A DNA stretch of 64,000 bases from an uncultured Candidatus Saccharibacteria bacterium (GCA_964607415.1 CAZSKK010000002.1:158380-222379); one strand, 5' to 3'; numbered from the stretch's first letter, positions 38,244-50,101 are shown. Notes: generated by a model not told the origin, from the letters alone. A program made the numbers and translations.

Positions 38244-39515
38244 CTATCTTAAGTAATCTTTTAAAGCCTGGGCAATCTCGTCACTCTTCATTCTCTTTAA
38301 TGCTTTTGCTTCAATTTGTCTAATTCTTTCTCTTGTTACATTAAATTCATGTCCAACCTCTTCTAAGGTTCTTGCCACTCCATCTCTTAAACCAAATCTC
38401 AATTCTAGCACTTTTCTTTCTCTATCTGATAAGCCGTCAAGGATTTCATTAATTTGTTTTTTTAAGAATGACCATGTAGCTAATTCTTCTGGAGGTGCTG
38501 TAAATTCATCAGGAATAATATCTATAAGACTATTTTCTTGTTCCTCGCCAATTGGCATTTCAAGTGATTGCGGTTTTTGAGCTATTTTAACAATCTCCTG
38601 TACTTTATCTACACTTATCTCCATTTTATCAGCAATCTCTTTGGTTGTCGGTTTTCTACCTAAAGTTGATGCTAGCTGTGAAGATACTTTACTTAATTTA
38701 TTAATTGTTTCAATCATGTGAACTGGAACCCTTATTGTTCTAGCTTGATCAGCTATAGCTCTAGTTATCGCCTGTCTAATCCACCATGTAGCATAAGTCG
38801 AAAATTTAAAGCCTTTTCTATACTCGAATTTTTCTACCGCTCTCATCAAACCAAGATTTCCTTCCTGAATTAAATCTAGCAGGTCTAAGCCTCTTTTTAG
38901 GTAATTCTTTGCGATAGATACTACAAGCCTTAAATTTGCAGTAGTTAACAAATGCTGTGCTTCTATGCCATCTCTAATAGCTTTATTAATATATTTTTTA
39001 TCTTTATTAATTATTTGCCTTTTAGCTTTTTTTACCTCAGAAGATTTAACTTCCCCTATCTTAATATTCTCTAATGCTTTAACATAAACATCCTCCTTTG
39101 TTTCCTTTGCTAATTTTTTTATGATTTCGATAAGTTCATTTTCTCCATCTTCAATTCTTTTTGCCAAAATTACTTCTTCTTCTGCACTCAAAAGTGGAAT
39201 TTTTCCTATTTCTTGAAGGTAAGCCCTTATAGGGTCTGTACTTATGTGTGACCTTATCTGTTTTAATATTCTAATCTTATCCTCAAAGGTCATTTTATCT
39301 TTTACACTTTCTAATGAAACTTCAGCTGTATCTAGAGGAGATATAATCTCAACTTCGCTGTCTTGGAGGACATCTATAATATATTCTAAAAGTTGTAAAT
39401 CTTCTTCAATCTCAGGGAAAACGCTCAAAATATCGTCCTGTGAAAGATATCCCTGCTTTTTACCAAGAATCAAAATATTTTCAACCTTCTGTTTATCTTC
39501 TGGATGAATGGCCAT
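38244..39515 (-). CDS. rpoD: Primary sigma factor (sigma70/SigA)
   Basis: [55 protein letters not shown]. Confidence 0.97.
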   Translation of the reverse strand: MAIHPEDKQKVENILILGKKQGYLSQDDILSVFPEIEEDLQLLEYIIDVLQDSEVEIISPLDTAEVSLESVKDKMTFEDKIRILKQIRSHISTDPIRAYLQEIGKIPLLSAEEEVILAKRIEDGENELIEIIKKLAKETKEDVYVKALENIKIGEVKSSEVKKAKRQIINKDKKYINKAIRDGIEAQHLLTTANLRLVVSIAKNYLKRGLDLLDLIQEGNLGLMRAVEKFEYRKGFKFSTYATWWIRQAITRAIADQARTIRVPVHMIETINKLSKVSSQLASTLGRKPTTKEIADKMEISVDKVQEIVKIAQKPQSLEMPIGEEQENSLIDIIPDEFTAPPEELATWSFLKKQINEILDGLSDRERKVLELRFGLRDGVARTLEEVGHEFNVTRERIRQIEAKALKRMKSDEIAQALKDYLR

Positions 39516-39715
39516 TTGTGATAAACTAAAAAATAAGAATTATTAAATCAATGTGTTTTTCATCTTGCCAGAATTATAGGCAAATGGTTTACTAAAAGCG
39601 AATCATACAAAAAGAGTTTTGTTTGAAATGCTATGTCTTGAGGTACCAAATATTGTAACACACACCTGATAAATAACTAAGCACTTAATTGATACGAATA
39701 AAAGATTATATCACT

Positions 39716-40606
39716 ATGGCTTTGTATACTTACGAAAAAAACATAAAAAGTTCAGATTTGAAAGATAATGTTTCTTTTGAGCCAAAAGATAAAACTTTCG
39801 AAGTTTCCAATCTTCATGGCGATAACTCAGTAAATGCTCTCCCTTCCATTTGGGAAGTACCTCAAAAAACTTACTCTTTACTTGATACCTTAGGTACAAA
39901 GTCTAAATTAGCTAATATAATGATCCCTGCTTTATTTATTTTAGCTGGTGGATTCTTTATTTTTAAAGAATTTTCGCCAGATTTAAAGCAAACGATTCAG
40001 GAAAGAAACGGTCTATTGGCTCAAGGAACAATTTCACCTGTGTCAGATGAATATATAAACTTATCTGAATATATATCAAACCCCGTAGGCCTTTCGCAAT
40101 TAACATCAGAAGCCTTAAATGAACATGTTCTTCTGGAAGATCAAACCAGTCTTTCTTACGAAGGTACATTTTATATCTCAATACCCGCACTAGAATTTGA
40201 ACGGCTTCCAGTTAAAGCCAATGTTGACAGTACGAGTGAAAGTACATATCAACAAGCTTTGAATCAAAGCCTAGGTCACTTTAAAGGAACCAGTTTGCCT
40301 GTGTCTGATGTTGAGAACAATATGGTAATTTACGGTCACAGTGCGGGAAGTAACTATAACCCACAAAGGAACGATCCTGTTGTGGCTTTTTCATTTTTAC
40401 ATGAATTAAAAGTTGGAGATGATATATTTATTGAGATTGAGGGTAAACGATACCACTATAAAATGTATAGAAGTAAAATTGTCGAACCTACAGATGTTTC
40501 TATTATTACTGGTACTCCTGGAAAAAAAACATTAACTTTGTTTACTTGCTGGCCTCAAGGAAATAACTCAAGCAGGTATGTAGCAATAGCAAGAGAAGCA
40601 GATTAG
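39716..40606 (+). CDS. Sortase family protein
   Basis: TM anchor; IYGHS, LKVGDDI, LTLFTCWP and R catalytic motifs. Confidence 0.88.
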   Translation: MALYTYEKNIKSSDLKDNVSFEPKDKTFEVSNLHGDNSVNALPSIWEVPQKTYSLLDTLGTKSKLANIMIPALFILAGGFFIFKEFSPDLKQTIQERNGLLAQGTISPVSDEYINLSEYISNPVGLSQLTSEALNEHVLLEDQTSLSYEGTFYISIPALEFERLPVKANVDSTSESTYQQALNQSLGHFKGTSLPVSDVENNMVIYGHSAGSNYNPQRNDPVVAFSFLHELKVGDDIFIEIEGKRYHYKMYRSKIVEPTDVSIITGTPGKKTLTLFTCWPQGNNSSRYVAIAREAD

Positions 40607-40693
40607 AACTGTAAAGGTTAAGAGGTTGAGTGCTTATTCAGATAAAATTCCCAAACACTTTACTGTTCTTTACCTCTATTGCTGGTAAGCTTT

Positions 40694-41860
40694 CTAGCTG
40701 TTCTCTTCGTCTTCGTTCTTTCTTCTTCTCAGAAAACTTGGAAGGTTATCCATTACATCATCGTATTTACCTTCATTTGATGATAAAGTTCCCAAAGTAC
40801 CCACTTGCCTTGTAGTTTCTTTTGGCACTTGCACTTGAGGTTTTTGGGTATAGCTAGGTTGTTCTGAAACAGCTCCTGACCTAGTATTTGGATTCGCAAA
40901 TATAGCAGCATCTGATTCAAATCCTGTTGCCAAAACAGTAATTTCAATACCTTTTTTATTCTCATCAATACTAGCTCCAAAGATAAATATAGCATCTGGA
41001 GAAACTCTATTTCGGATAATTTCAGCAGCTTCATTGATTTCGGACATACCCATATCTCTGCCGCCAACAACATTAAATAGGATTCCTTTTGCGCCATCTA
41101 TTGTAATTTCAAGTAAAGGACTTTCTATCGCCATTTTTGCAGCTTCTTGCGCTCTATTTTCACCATCAGCAGCTCCCATTCCCATCAATGCGGTCCCGCC
41201 ATTATCCATAACACTTCTTACATCAGCAAAATCCACATTAATTATTCCTGGTTGCGTAATTAAGTTAGATATACTTTTTACAGCTTGAGATAAAACATCA
41301 TCAGCCTTTTTCATAGCATCTAAAAATGATGCATTTTTGTCCATTATATCTAAAAGCCTTTGGTTAGGAACAACAATAAGGGTATCTACTTTATCTCTCA
41401 ATTCTTCTATTCCTTTCAAGGCTAAATCCATTCTTCTTTTCATTTCAAACTGAAAAGGTTTTGTTACCACCCCAACAGTCAAAGCACCTAGATTTTTTGC
41501 AATTCCAGCTACAATCGGCGCAGCACCAGTACCAGTACCGCCACCCATTCCGGCAGTTATAAATACCATATCTGCTCCTGCCAGATTTTCATGAAGCACA
41601 TCTACTGTTTCCTCAGCAGCTTTTCTCCCAATTACAGGATTTCCACCGCTTCCTAAACCTCTAGTTATTTGTTCACCTATTCTTAATTTAATATCTGCTT
41701 TTGAATTCAACAAAGCTTGAGAATCGGTATTAACAGCTATAAATTCTACATCTTCGATATTATGATCCGTGATCATAGTATTTAAAGCATTTCCACCACC
41801 ACCACCCACACCGACTACTTTAATCTTTGCTGTTAATGGCGCCTGAGGTTTAACTAACAT
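40694..41860 (-). CDS. ftsZ: Cell division protein FtsZ
   Basis: [31 protein letters not shown]. Confidence 0.98.
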   Translation of the reverse strand: MLVKPQAPLTAKIKVVGVGGGGGNALNTMITDHNIEDVEFIAVNTDSQALLNSKADIKLRIGEQITRGLGSGGNPVIGRKAAEETVDVLHENLAGADMVFITAGMGGGTGTGAAPIVAGIAKNLGALTVGVVTKPFQFEMKRRMDLALKGIEELRDKVDTLIVVPNQRLLDIMDKNASFLDAMKKADDVLSQAVKSISNLITQPGIINVDFADVRSVMDNGGTALMGMGAADGENRAQEAAKMAIESPLLEITIDGAKGILFNVVGGRDMGMSEINEAAEIIRNRVSPDAIFIFGASIDENKKGIEITVLATGFESDAAIFANPNTRSGAVSEQPSYTQKPQVQVPKETTRQVGTLGTLSSNEGKYDDVMDNLPSFLRRRKNEDEENS

Positions 41861-42199
41861 ATTCTTAAATTTAAAATCTACAGATAAAAATTAATCAACA
41901 AAATAATTATTGCTTGATTAAATACTAATTCACATTACCAAAAAATTCAAGTATTAAAGCATACAAAATACCCTTTTTTGTGCAAGATTTTTACTCTATA
42001 GTTAAAAATCTATACTGCTTAGCCCTAAATTGGACAAAATTTTTATTCAAACATCGATCTTATCCAGAAAGTTTACTTAAATCGATTGGAATTTTTTAGC
42101 TTGAAATTTACAAAATTTAAAGAAGACTGATTTTCACTATATATAGGCTCATTTACCTTAAGCTACGTAAGAAAAAATTATTTTGAAGATAAAATGTGT

Positions 42200-43504
42200 T
42201 TATGGTAAAAGATTTTTGAAGAAACCCCGAGCTTTTCCTACTATACTGTCACCCGATTTCTTGATTGAATTGCCAGCAGCAAACCCAGTATTGCCAACTC
42301 GATATCCGTCATCATTCATACCATAAAGAATCAGACCCTGGCTTGCAGAGTAACTACTATCAGAAATACCGTCAATTAGACCTTCCAACCCTCTTGGCTT
42401 GCCTACTCTTGCTGGAACACCAAATACTTCTTTTGCAAGTGCTGTTATTCCTGGAAGATTAGCAGAGCCACCAGTAATAACAATACCCGCAGGAAGTTTG
42501 TATTCATTTCCAGACATTTCAATATTTTCCTTAACTAAATCAAAGACCTCTTTCACTCTGTCTTCAACGATCAAATTAAAGAATTTCCTGGAAATAGTTT
42601 TAACACCCTCAATATTAAGATCAGAAATATCCAAGATATCTATTTTTCGTTCACTTTTCTCTTCTTTTTCTTTATCATCTTTTTTATCATCCGATTTTCT
42701 TACTTGCTTTCTCTCTGAATTTTTAATTATATCCTCAATATTTACTTTTATTTTTTCAGCATCATCAATAGAAAGCCTTAAACCCGCCGCTAAATCTCGC
42801 GTTACATTGCTCCCTCCAAAAGGAACACAAGTACTATAAGTTACAGCATCTTCAACAAAAGTAGACACAGAAACCGTTCCTCCACCAAAGTCCATCAATA
42901 GTACACCAAGCTCCTTTTCTGTTTGAGTTAAAACAGATTGAGCAGAAGCCCAGCCACTAAACACTGTTCCGTCTATTCTTAAGCCGATGCTTTGAATACA
43001 TTTCTCCAAATTATGAATTGCTGTGCTTGGTGCTGAAATAATGTGAGCATCGACCTCAAGCCTTAAACCAGTCATACCTATAGGAACCTTTATTCCACTT
43101 TGCTGATCCACAACAAACTCTCTTGGAATCAAATGAATTATCTCTCTTCCAGGTGGAATTGCAACAGTTCTCGCCTGCTCTAAAGATCTAAAAACATCAT
43201 CATCGGTTATTTCAGATTCATTGATCGCAACTACACCTTTATTATTATTTGAAACAATATTTTTACCGTTTATAGAAACATATGCCGAAGAAACCGTAAG
43301 ACCGGCCATTCTTTCTGCTCCATTTAACGCCGATGCAATACTATTTATCGCCTCATCAATTCCGGTTATTTCACCTTTTCTAATACCATAAGATGGATAA
43401 GAAGCCTCTCCTATGACCTTAGCTTTACCATTTTCATCAACCAGCGCGATTATTGCGCAAACTTTACTTGAACCAATGTCTATTGCTGTTATTATATTGG
43501 ACAT
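42200..43504 (-). CDS. ftsA: Cell division protein FtsA
   Basis: IDIGSSKV, P.GMTG.RLE, EKELG...DFGGG, TGG; C-terminal amphipathic helix. Confidence 0.96.
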   Translation of the reverse strand: MSNIITAIDIGSSKVCAIIALVDENGKAKVIGEASYPSYGIRKGEITGIDEAINSIASALNGAERMAGLTVSSAYVSINGKNIVSNNNKGVVAINESEITDDDVFRSLEQARTVAIPPGREIIHLIPREFVVDQQSGIKVPIGMTGLRLEVDAHIISAPSTAIHNLEKCIQSIGLRIDGTVFSGWASAQSVLTQTEKELGVLLMDFGGGTVSVSTFVEDAVTYSTCVPFGGSNVTRDLAAGLRLSIDDAEKIKVNIEDIIKNSERKQVRKSDDKKDDKEKEEKSERKIDILDISDLNIEGVKTISRKFFNLIVEDRVKEVFDLVKENIEMSGNEYKLPAGIVITGGSANLPGITALAKEVFGVPARVGKPRGLEGLIDGISDSSYSASQGLILYGMNDDGYRVGNTGFAAGNSIKKSGDSIVGKARGFFKNLLP

Positions 43505-43717
43505 AAAAGTAATATCACTTAAGTATAATTAATCAAATTTTTGAATTTTATGATTTATTATATGGCAAGCTAAATGAAATATAGTATTCATTTTAGACGA
43601 ACCATAATTTAGTTTACAACATTAAGAATATCATTTTCAAGTTAACTTTACTACAACAGCAACTAATTATCAATTTGCAATTAAAAAAATTTTGAACTTT
43701 ACTAATGTTTAATTTAT

Positions 43718-44428
43718 TCAAAAAGCCTTTTCGGCAATTCCAAATGCACATAAAACGACCCCTACCACGTACCCTCCTATAGCAAAGTATTTTACTGTAT
43801 TTTGAGATACATAATGTGCAGTGTTTTTTATATTTGTTTTTTGATCTACTTCAAAATCTCTATACTGATTGTAAAAACATCCTCCTGCAGAAAAAAATCC
43901 TACCCCAATAAAAATCAGATATGATCCTAATGTTACTTTGCTTGATGGTAGACTAAGAAAGTAAAGCACTTCTACCATGGCTAACGCATATACATGGCTT
44001 AAAACATCCAAAACAGGTATACTTTTAAACCTTACCACCCTCCACGAGTACAAGTGTCCTGCCAATAGCCCTGAAAGAGCTATTATGATTGGAATGAGCG
44101 AACCCGAAACCAAACTTATAAGAACGCTTAAAAGTGCTGTAAGTCGTAATAGCCAAACCGCTTCTTTATAACTAATAAACTTTGCCGAAATAGGATTTCT
44201 TAAAGCTTTCTTGGGATCTTTTGCATCATCAGCATAGTCTTCACAATCATTAACAACAAACGCATAAGCTAAAATTGCAAAATTAACCAATAGACCTAGG
44301 ATTATTTCAAACGTAAAGTTCCATGCCGCAATAATACCGACAATCATTAATGGGAAGTAAAAATCTTTAAGAATCACGTCAACTCTAGAAAGTCGATAAT
44401 AACCTATTAAATATTTTTTTAATTTCAT
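43718..44428 (-). CDS. UbiA family prenyltransferase
   Basis: NDCEDYADD...RNPI, YS...RFKS.P.LD, NQYRDFEVD.K. Confidence 0.88.
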   Translation of the reverse strand: MKLKKYLIGYYRLSRVDVILKDFYFPLMIVGIIAAWNFTFEIILGLLVNFAILAYAFVVNDCEDYADDAKDPKKALRNPISAKFISYKEAVWLLRLTALLSVLISLVSGSLIPIIIALSGLLAGHLYSWRVVRFKSIPVLDVLSHVYALAMVEVLYFLSLPSSKVTLGSYLIFIGVGFFSAGGCFYNQYRDFEVDQKTNIKNTAHYVSQNTVKYFAIGGYVVGVVLCAFGIAEKAF

Positions 44429-44551
44429 AAATTAGCTACAGTAAGATATTTACAGTAATGCAATGGTAACATATAGTAATTAATTGTAATACACTTGATC
44501 ATCAAGAAATTACTATTCTGTTCCAAATTTTTGAATCCTAAATATTAATTC

Positions 44552-45682
44552 TCACTTAACCGAATAAGTATCGGACCTCAAATCAAATACAGAACCTTGG
44601 TTTATAACGTCCGAATAAATTATTGTTTCCAAATCGGCCATTTGATCTTCTATTGTGCGTTTATTCGTAAATAAAAATGTTTTATTATCCTGCAATTTCA
44701 GTTGAAGAGTATATTCAGAGATCCATTTTATCTCAAGTACAACTATATTTTGTTCTTTGATTCTACCATAAAGCCTAATTACAAAGTCATTTTTATCAAA
44801 CTCTATCTGATCATTTTTTTTATAATCAACTCTTGAATTACTTGTAACTACAACCAGCTGTGGAAACTCACTATCTTTTACCGACATAATAAGCTCATTT
44901 TGAATCGAAAATATCAAATCATTAGCTTCTTTTTTCAATTTATCTAAAAGTTCGGTCTTTTTTGTTTGATCAACTTCCTCCCACTTTATGGTTGACCGTT
45001 CTTCAGAATCCTCTATTGTTAACAAATACCTTTCTTTTAGATAAGTTGAGTTTACATCAATCTCATTTGATACAAGTTTCAAATCATCGTCAGTGACAGG
45101 TTTCACGTTTGTTGCTCTAATTGACACAACTGTATAATTTTTATCCAATAGATAAGCACCCTTCAAATTCACATAGGCCATTACGGGAAATTTTTCTACA
45201 ACTTCCAATTGCAACGTATCAGGCATGATTTTTCTTACATATACTTCCTGTATAAAATCATATTGTTGTTTAATATTAGTTTTTATTTCTTGAGTATTTG
45301 CATTAATTAAACTTTTCCCTCTGTATTGCTCTACGCTTTGATTAAAAACTTCTTGGTTAACCTGTTCCAGCCCTAAGATTTCAATTTTTTTTATTTTAAA
45401 AAAAGGTAAATCTGAATATCTTGGCAGTACTTGCCAGAAGAATGCAAAAATAACTAAAATAAAAAGTAAAATCCTAAAGTTTCTACTTTTTAAGGGATTT
45501 TTCAGCCTATATTCACTGTTTGCTTTTTTTACTTTATTCATTTTTGTATTTCTTTTTCTCAGCTCCTTCAATTCTTTCGAACTCATTTGGTTTGGTTTAT
45601 TCCAAACAATTCCACCGGTTGGTTTTTTGTATACAACCGAAGCTTCTTTTTTCTTTTTATTTCTTGGCAATTTAAACTTCAT
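44552..45682 (-). CDS. ftsQ: Cell division protein FtsQ/DivIB
   Basis: Basic N-terminus, single TM, POTRA (FKIKKIEI.G...V.VRK..PDTL...V.E), C-terminal DLR. Confidence 0.8.
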   Translation of the reverse strand: MKFKLPRNKKKKEASVVYKKPTGGIVWNKPNQMSSKELKELRKRNTKMNKVKKANSEYRLKNPLKSRNFRILLFILVIFAFFWQVLPRYSDLPFFKIKKIEILGLEQVNQEVFNQSVEQYRGKSLINANTQEIKTNIKQQYDFIQEVYVRKIMPDTLQLEVVEKFPVMAYVNLKGAYLLDKNYTVVSIRATNVKPVTDDDLKLVSNEIDVNSTYLKERYLLTIEDSEERSTIKWEEVDQTKKTELLDKLKKEANDLIFSIQNELIMSVKDSEFPQLVVVTSNSRVDYKKNDQIEFDKNDFVIRLYGRIKEQNIVVLEIKWISEYTLQLKLQDNKTFLFTNKRTIEDQMADLETIIYSDVINQGSVFDLRSDTYSVK

Positions 45683-45715
45683 AAAACTATTATACAAATT
45701 TTAAAGCTACAAAAA

Positions 45716-45749
45716 ATGGCCATGAAGAAAATACTTTCTTCATGGCCAT
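45716..45749 (-). terminator. Intrinsic terminator after rpsO
   Basis: ATGGCCATGAAGAAA/TTTCTTCATGGCCAT hairpin followed by a T tract on the minus strand. Confidence 0.8.
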
Positions 45750-45775
45750 AATTTACTATTATTCCTATTTATAAA

Positions 45776-46066
45776 CTAGGCTCCAATTTGCTTTACAAAT
45801 TTAGCTACATCTTCTTTGTTTTCCGCTGTCCTTTCCAAATACTTTATTAACCTTCTTCTTTCACCAACGATTTTCAACAAACCTCTTCTTGAATGTTTAT
45901 CTTTTTTATGAGTCTTTAAATGACCCGTTAAATACTTAATCCTTTCTGTTAGTAAAGCGATCTGAACCATTGGAGAACCTGTATCACCTTCATGCTCTCC
46001 ATACTTTTTAATTAGATCTTGTTTAATTTGCTTATCTTTTGCAAATCTGTTTTTCTTGCTAGACAT
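45776..46066 (-). CDS. rpsO: 30S ribosomal protein S15
   Basis: [28 protein letters not shown]. Confidence 0.97.
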   Translation of the reverse strand: MSSKKNRFAKDKQIKQDLIKKYGEHEGDTGSPMVQIALLTERIKYLTGHLKTHKKDKHSRRGLLKIVGERRRLIKYLERTAENKEDVAKFVKQIGA

Positions 46067-46128
46067 ATTTTCCTTTAATAAAATTTACCTAGTTATTATA
46101 TAATATTAATAACCCTTATGCAACAATG

Positions 46129-46452
46129 TTAGGAGCTTTTCCGCGAAGATTTATTTTTACTTCTGGAGAAAAAACCAAAAACCTTCTTTAGCATATACAA
46201 AATATCTGTTACTGACAATAGCTTTTGCAAAGAATCTAATGAAGAAATTGCCTTTTCACGTATAGCCTTATAATCCTCTTCTACCCCTTGAACAAGATTA
46301 GTTACATGACTTGTTGCTACTCTTAAATCTTTAAGCCCGAGAATTAATTGGCCAAAAAGCCTTATTATCTGGATTGCGATACCTAGAATTGCGAAACTTA
46401 TAGACAAGACGAGAATAACTTTTGCTATATCATAAGCAGTTTGAGTGTCCAC
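46129..46452 (-). CDS. Hypothetical membrane-anchored coiled-coil protein (DUF948-like)
   Basis: N-terminal TM, helical remainder, basic tail; GTG start. Confidence 0.6.
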   Translation of the reverse strand: MDTQTAYDIAKVILVLSISFAILGIAIQIIRLFGQLILGLKDLRVATSHVTNLVQGVEEDYKAIREKAISSLDSLQKLLSVTDILYMLKKVFGFFSRSKNKSSRKSS

Positions 46453-46606
46453 GTGTAATAAAGATAATTGCGAATAAAATAAGAGTATTCTTGTAATCTA
46501 ATTTAGTATATATTCATTTAAGTTTCAAATCAAACCTATAATTCTTGAATCATGAATCTTGAATCTGTAATATATAAATATAACAAACATTAATAGTTGC
46601 AAATTT

Positions 46607-47320
46607 ATGTCAACCGAGAACATTGTACTTCTTCATGGATGGGGAGGAAGCAAAAAAAGTTTAAAATCATTGGGAAAAAAACTCGAAGATTTTAACTATA
46701 AAGTTCATATTTTAGAAATGCCAGGACATGGGGAGACGCCAGAAATGAATACTCCATGGACCATGAATGATTTTAGCAGTTGGTTAAGCAAGCACCTAAC
46801 GGAAAATAGCCTGCAAAACCCTATACTAATAGGACATTCATTTGGCGGAAGAATAATAATCGATACACTAATCAAGAAAAAAGCTGACCCTTCAAAGGTA
46901 GTTTTGATTGATGCTAGCGGAATCAAACCCAAAAATTCAGTTAAGCGATTTTTTTGGAAAAGAATCTCCAATTTATCAAAAAAAGTTTTGAATGAAAATA
47001 AAGCTTACTCCCGCACGATCAGAAAAATCGCTTACAAGACCCTTATCCGTGAATCTGATTATGTAAAGTTAAATAGCAACATGCGAAAAACATTTGAAAA
47101 CATTAATAATGAATTCTACAATGATCTTGTATGGAAAATTAAAACAAAAACTCTAATAATCTGGGGAAACAAAGATAAAACTACCCCTTTATGGATGGGA
47201 ATTTTTTTGAACAAAAAAATCAAAAATTCCAGATTAGAGGTTTTAAATGGCTCTCACTCGCTACCTTTGAAGCACCCGGAAGAGGTAGCCAAATTAATTA
47301 ACGACTTCTTAAAACAATGA
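46607..47320 (+). CDS. Alpha/beta hydrolase
   Basis: LHGWG, PGHG, GHSFGG, WG..D, H catalytic triad. Confidence 0.92.
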   Translation: MSTENIVLLHGWGGSKKSLKSLGKKLEDFNYKVHILEMPGHGETPEMNTPWTMNDFSSWLSKHLTENSLQNPILIGHSFGGRIIIDTLIKKKADPSKVVLIDASGIKPKNSVKRFFWKRISNLSKKVLNENKAYSRTIRKIAYKTLIRESDYVKLNSNMRKTFENINNEFYNDLVWKIKTKTLIIWGNKDKTTPLWMGIFLNKKIKNSRLEVLNGSHSLPLKHPEEVAKLINDFLKQ

Positions 47321-49062
47321 AGGATTTTTTAAGTTTAGCAGTATTATTTTGGATTCCACCACTAATTTCCATTTTGAAGTATGTCCTATGGGATCTATAC
47401 TTCTGGCAAGTTAAAGAATTTCGATTCGATAGATTCTGGGTACATATAAGATGGGATCAAGAACCAGCAAATAGAAACTTAAATAAAATTATAATAAAGT
47501 TTATTCTTTTTTCTTTGATAAGTATTGTACTTGCAAGTCCTTTAGGTGCCAGTGCAGGAATAGCAATTGCATACGCTATTTGGTTTAACGATGGGATAAA
47601 GTTTATAGAAGAAATTATAAATAACAAGCTCAAAAGGCCTTCAATATCTTTTAGGAACTTACTAATCCTTTTTTTAATAATTATTTGTTTAATCACTTTA
47701 ATCTGTTTAGTTACTATTCCTTTTGCAATCTTAGACAGAAAAACAGATTCCGGAATATTTTTAGATTATTTTTCCAACTCAAGTGTTGAAAATATAAACA
47801 ACGCTTTATATCCCGATGTTTTGATTTATCTTGCCCTATCTTCTCTAACAGCATTACTAATAGAGATGAGCTCACCTTTTATTGTAAGTTTTTTTGTATT
47901 GCTAACCTACCCTATCGCAAAGATTAGAAGACAATTAATTATAAGAAAAGCACGTAAAAAAATTTCGGCCCTGAAAAAAAAGCCATATATTATTGCAATA
48001 ACAGGTAGCCAAGGGAAAACAACAACTAAAGAAATCCTTTTTGAAATTCTAAAAGATAAATTTAATGTTGGCAAAACCTTAGAAAATCAAAATACAGATG
48101 TTGGACTAGCTTTGAGCATTTTAAGTCAGTTAAAAAGCAATACCAACATTTTCATCGCTGAAATGGGAGCTATCAGATCTTCAGAGATAAAAAATATGTG
48201 TAGAATTTTGAAACCAGATTCTTCTATAGTTACGGATATTGGCACCCAGCATATTGCAATTTTTGGATCTCAAGAAAAACTATTTAAAGCTAAAGGTGAA
48301 ATTATCGAAAGTCTACAAGAAAACGGAAATGCAATTTTGAATGGCGATAACGAATTCTGCTTAAAAATGATCCGAAAAGACTGCAATAATTACGTTTATT
48401 ACACCAATGAGAATATTAGTGCAAAGCTCAATGAAAGCTATATTATTCCAGTAAAAATTCATGCAGTTAAGGAATTAACAAATAAAATAACGTTTAAACT
48501 GAATTACAATAAAAAGGACTATGACTTTGAATTTAACGCGACAGGGCTTCATTTAGTTAATAACATTACAGCGAGTATCATTGCTAGTTTATGCGCAGGA
48601 TTAACTATTGATGAAGTTCAAAGTAGTTTAAAAAAGGTAGAAATTAAACTTCCAAGACTTTCCTTAAGTAAAGGCGACAATGAGACAATTGTTATTGAAG
48701 ATACCTATAGCTCAAATGAAAAAGGATTTGAAGCTGCAGTTAAATTTATGAATTCTCAAAAAATCTCTGGCAAAAGGATTGTTGTAACTAGAGGTATAAT
48801 TGAATTAGGAAGACATAAAGAACATATATACAAAAATTTAGTTTCTGCAATTAGAAACGATATTGATATTTTAATAACCTCAGATGCTACTTTACATAAG
48901 CTAATGCTAAAAGATAATACAAAAGTTCAGTCTTTACTAGTGCACTCTAACGATGATTTTAAATATACTATAAGGACTGTTGTTGAGCCAAAAGACCTAA
49001 TTCTTTTGGAGGGAAGACTTCACCCTTCTATAATTTCAGAAATAATAAGCGAAGATAATTAA
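47317..49062 (+). CDS. murF: MurF-like Mur ligase with N-terminal membrane domain
   Basis: ITGSQGKTTTKE, EMGA, QH...FGS...K.EI, D.Y.SN..G, ELG; several N-terminal TMs. Confidence 0.8.
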   Translation: MKDFLSLAVLFWIPPLISILKYVLWDLYFWQVKEFRFDRFWVHIRWDQEPANRNLNKIIIKFILFSLISIVLASPLGASAGIAIAYAIWFNDGIKFIEEIINNKLKRPSISFRNLLILFLIIICLITLICLVTIPFAILDRKTDSGIFLDYFSNSSVENINNALYPDVLIYLALSSLTALLIEMSSPFIVSFFVLLTYPIAKIRRQLIIRKARKKISALKKKPYIIAITGSQGKTTTKEILFEILKDKFNVGKTLENQNTDVGLALSILSQLKSNTNIFIAEMGAIRSSEIKNMCRILKPDSSIVTDIGTQHIAIFGSQEKLFKAKGEIIESLQENGNAILNGDNEFCLKMIRKDCNNYVYYTNENISAKLNESYIIPVKIHAVKELTNKITFKLNYNKKDYDFEFNATGLHLVNNITASIIASLCAGLTIDEVQSSLKKVEIKLPRLSLSKGDNETIVIEDTYSSNEKGFEAAVKFMNSQKISGKRIVVTRGIIELGRHKEHIYKNLVSAIRNDIDILITSDATLHKLMLKDNTKVQSLLVHSNDDFKYTIRTVVEPKDLILLEGRLHPSIISEIISEDN

Positions 49063-49063
49063 T

Positions 49064-50101
49064 ATGGCATACGAATTTAGAGAAAACCTCGATTCAAAAA
49101 TTCTGGATAGTTTTATGGAGGAATGGTCAAAAAAAACCAATCCTCCTGGCGTTACTTTTATACAATCAAGCAATTGGGCAGCTTTTCAGAAGGCTTTAAA
49201 TCGAGAAGTGTTGCAAGTAGGAATCTATCATAACAATGAGCTTGTTGGTGCTTTTGTTGGAATTGTTAATCTAGCAAAAAGAGGTAAATATCTCTATGTC
49301 CGAAATGGTCCTGTTTTGGATTGGTCAAATAAAGAACTTGTTGACAAGACCATAACCTTTTTGAAAACCTGGGCACAGAAAAAGCATTTGTGGTTTATCC
49401 GAATAAGCCCTCTGATCAAATTTGTAGACGCTAAAAACTTAAATAGCTACCGCTTTCCTGACTTTCAAATGAACGATGTAGATGCCTTAGACACTTGGAT
49501 TAGCCCTATTGCAGGCAAATCTGAAAACGAGCTGCTTGCTAGTTTCGATAAAAAAACAAGGTACTCTGTAAATAAAACTTATAAAGACGGCATTACCTCA
49601 ACTATTTCGAAGAATCCTAAGGACCTTGAATTATTCTATCCTATTTATCTTGATACAATAAATCGCCATAAATGGGTAGGATACCCTCTTTCTTTTATAC
49701 AAAAAGAATTTGAAGCCTTTAGTGAAGACAACCGAGCAAGTTTAGTTATTTGTAAGCTTAAGGATGAGCTAATTGCCGCGGGAATTTTTATACATTATGC
49801 AGATCAAACTTATTATCACTTTGGTGCTACTTCATCAGAGTACTCAAAGTTTTCTCCCGCATATCAAATGATCTGGGAAGCCATGAAAGAAACAATAAGA
49901 AGAGATATTAAATTCTTCAATTTTTGGGGAATAGCTCCTACTAACAAGCCTAAGCATCCGTGGCAAGGACTGTCTTCATTTAAGAAAAAATTTCCTGGAA
50001 TGGAAGTAAACTGGAATGGTGCTAAAGATATTCCTGTTTCAAAAAAATATTGGCTTACTCACTTCTACGACAAGTTTAATAAGATCAGAAAAGGATATTG
50101 A
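49064..50101 (+). CDS. FemAB/MurM family peptidoglycan bridge aminoacyltransferase
   Basis: FIQS..W..F, GPV.D, K.RY, YHFGA, FNFWGI, GL..FKKKF. Confidence 0.88.
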   Translation: MAYEFRENLDSKILDSFMEEWSKKTNPPGVTFIQSSNWAAFQKALNREVLQVGIYHNNELVGAFVGIVNLAKRGKYLYVRNGPVLDWSNKELVDKTITFLKTWAQKKHLWFIRISPLIKFVDAKNLNSYRFPDFQMNDVDALDTWISPIAGKSENELLASFDKKTRYSVNKTYKDGITSTISKNPKDLELFYPIYLDTINRHKWVGYPLSFIQKEFEAFSEDNRASLVICKLKDELIAAGIFIHYADQTYYHFGATSSEYSKFSPAYQMIWEAMKETIRRDIKFFNFWGIAPTNKPKHPWQGLSSFKKKFPGMEVNWNGAKDIPVSKKYWLTHFYDKFNKIRKGY

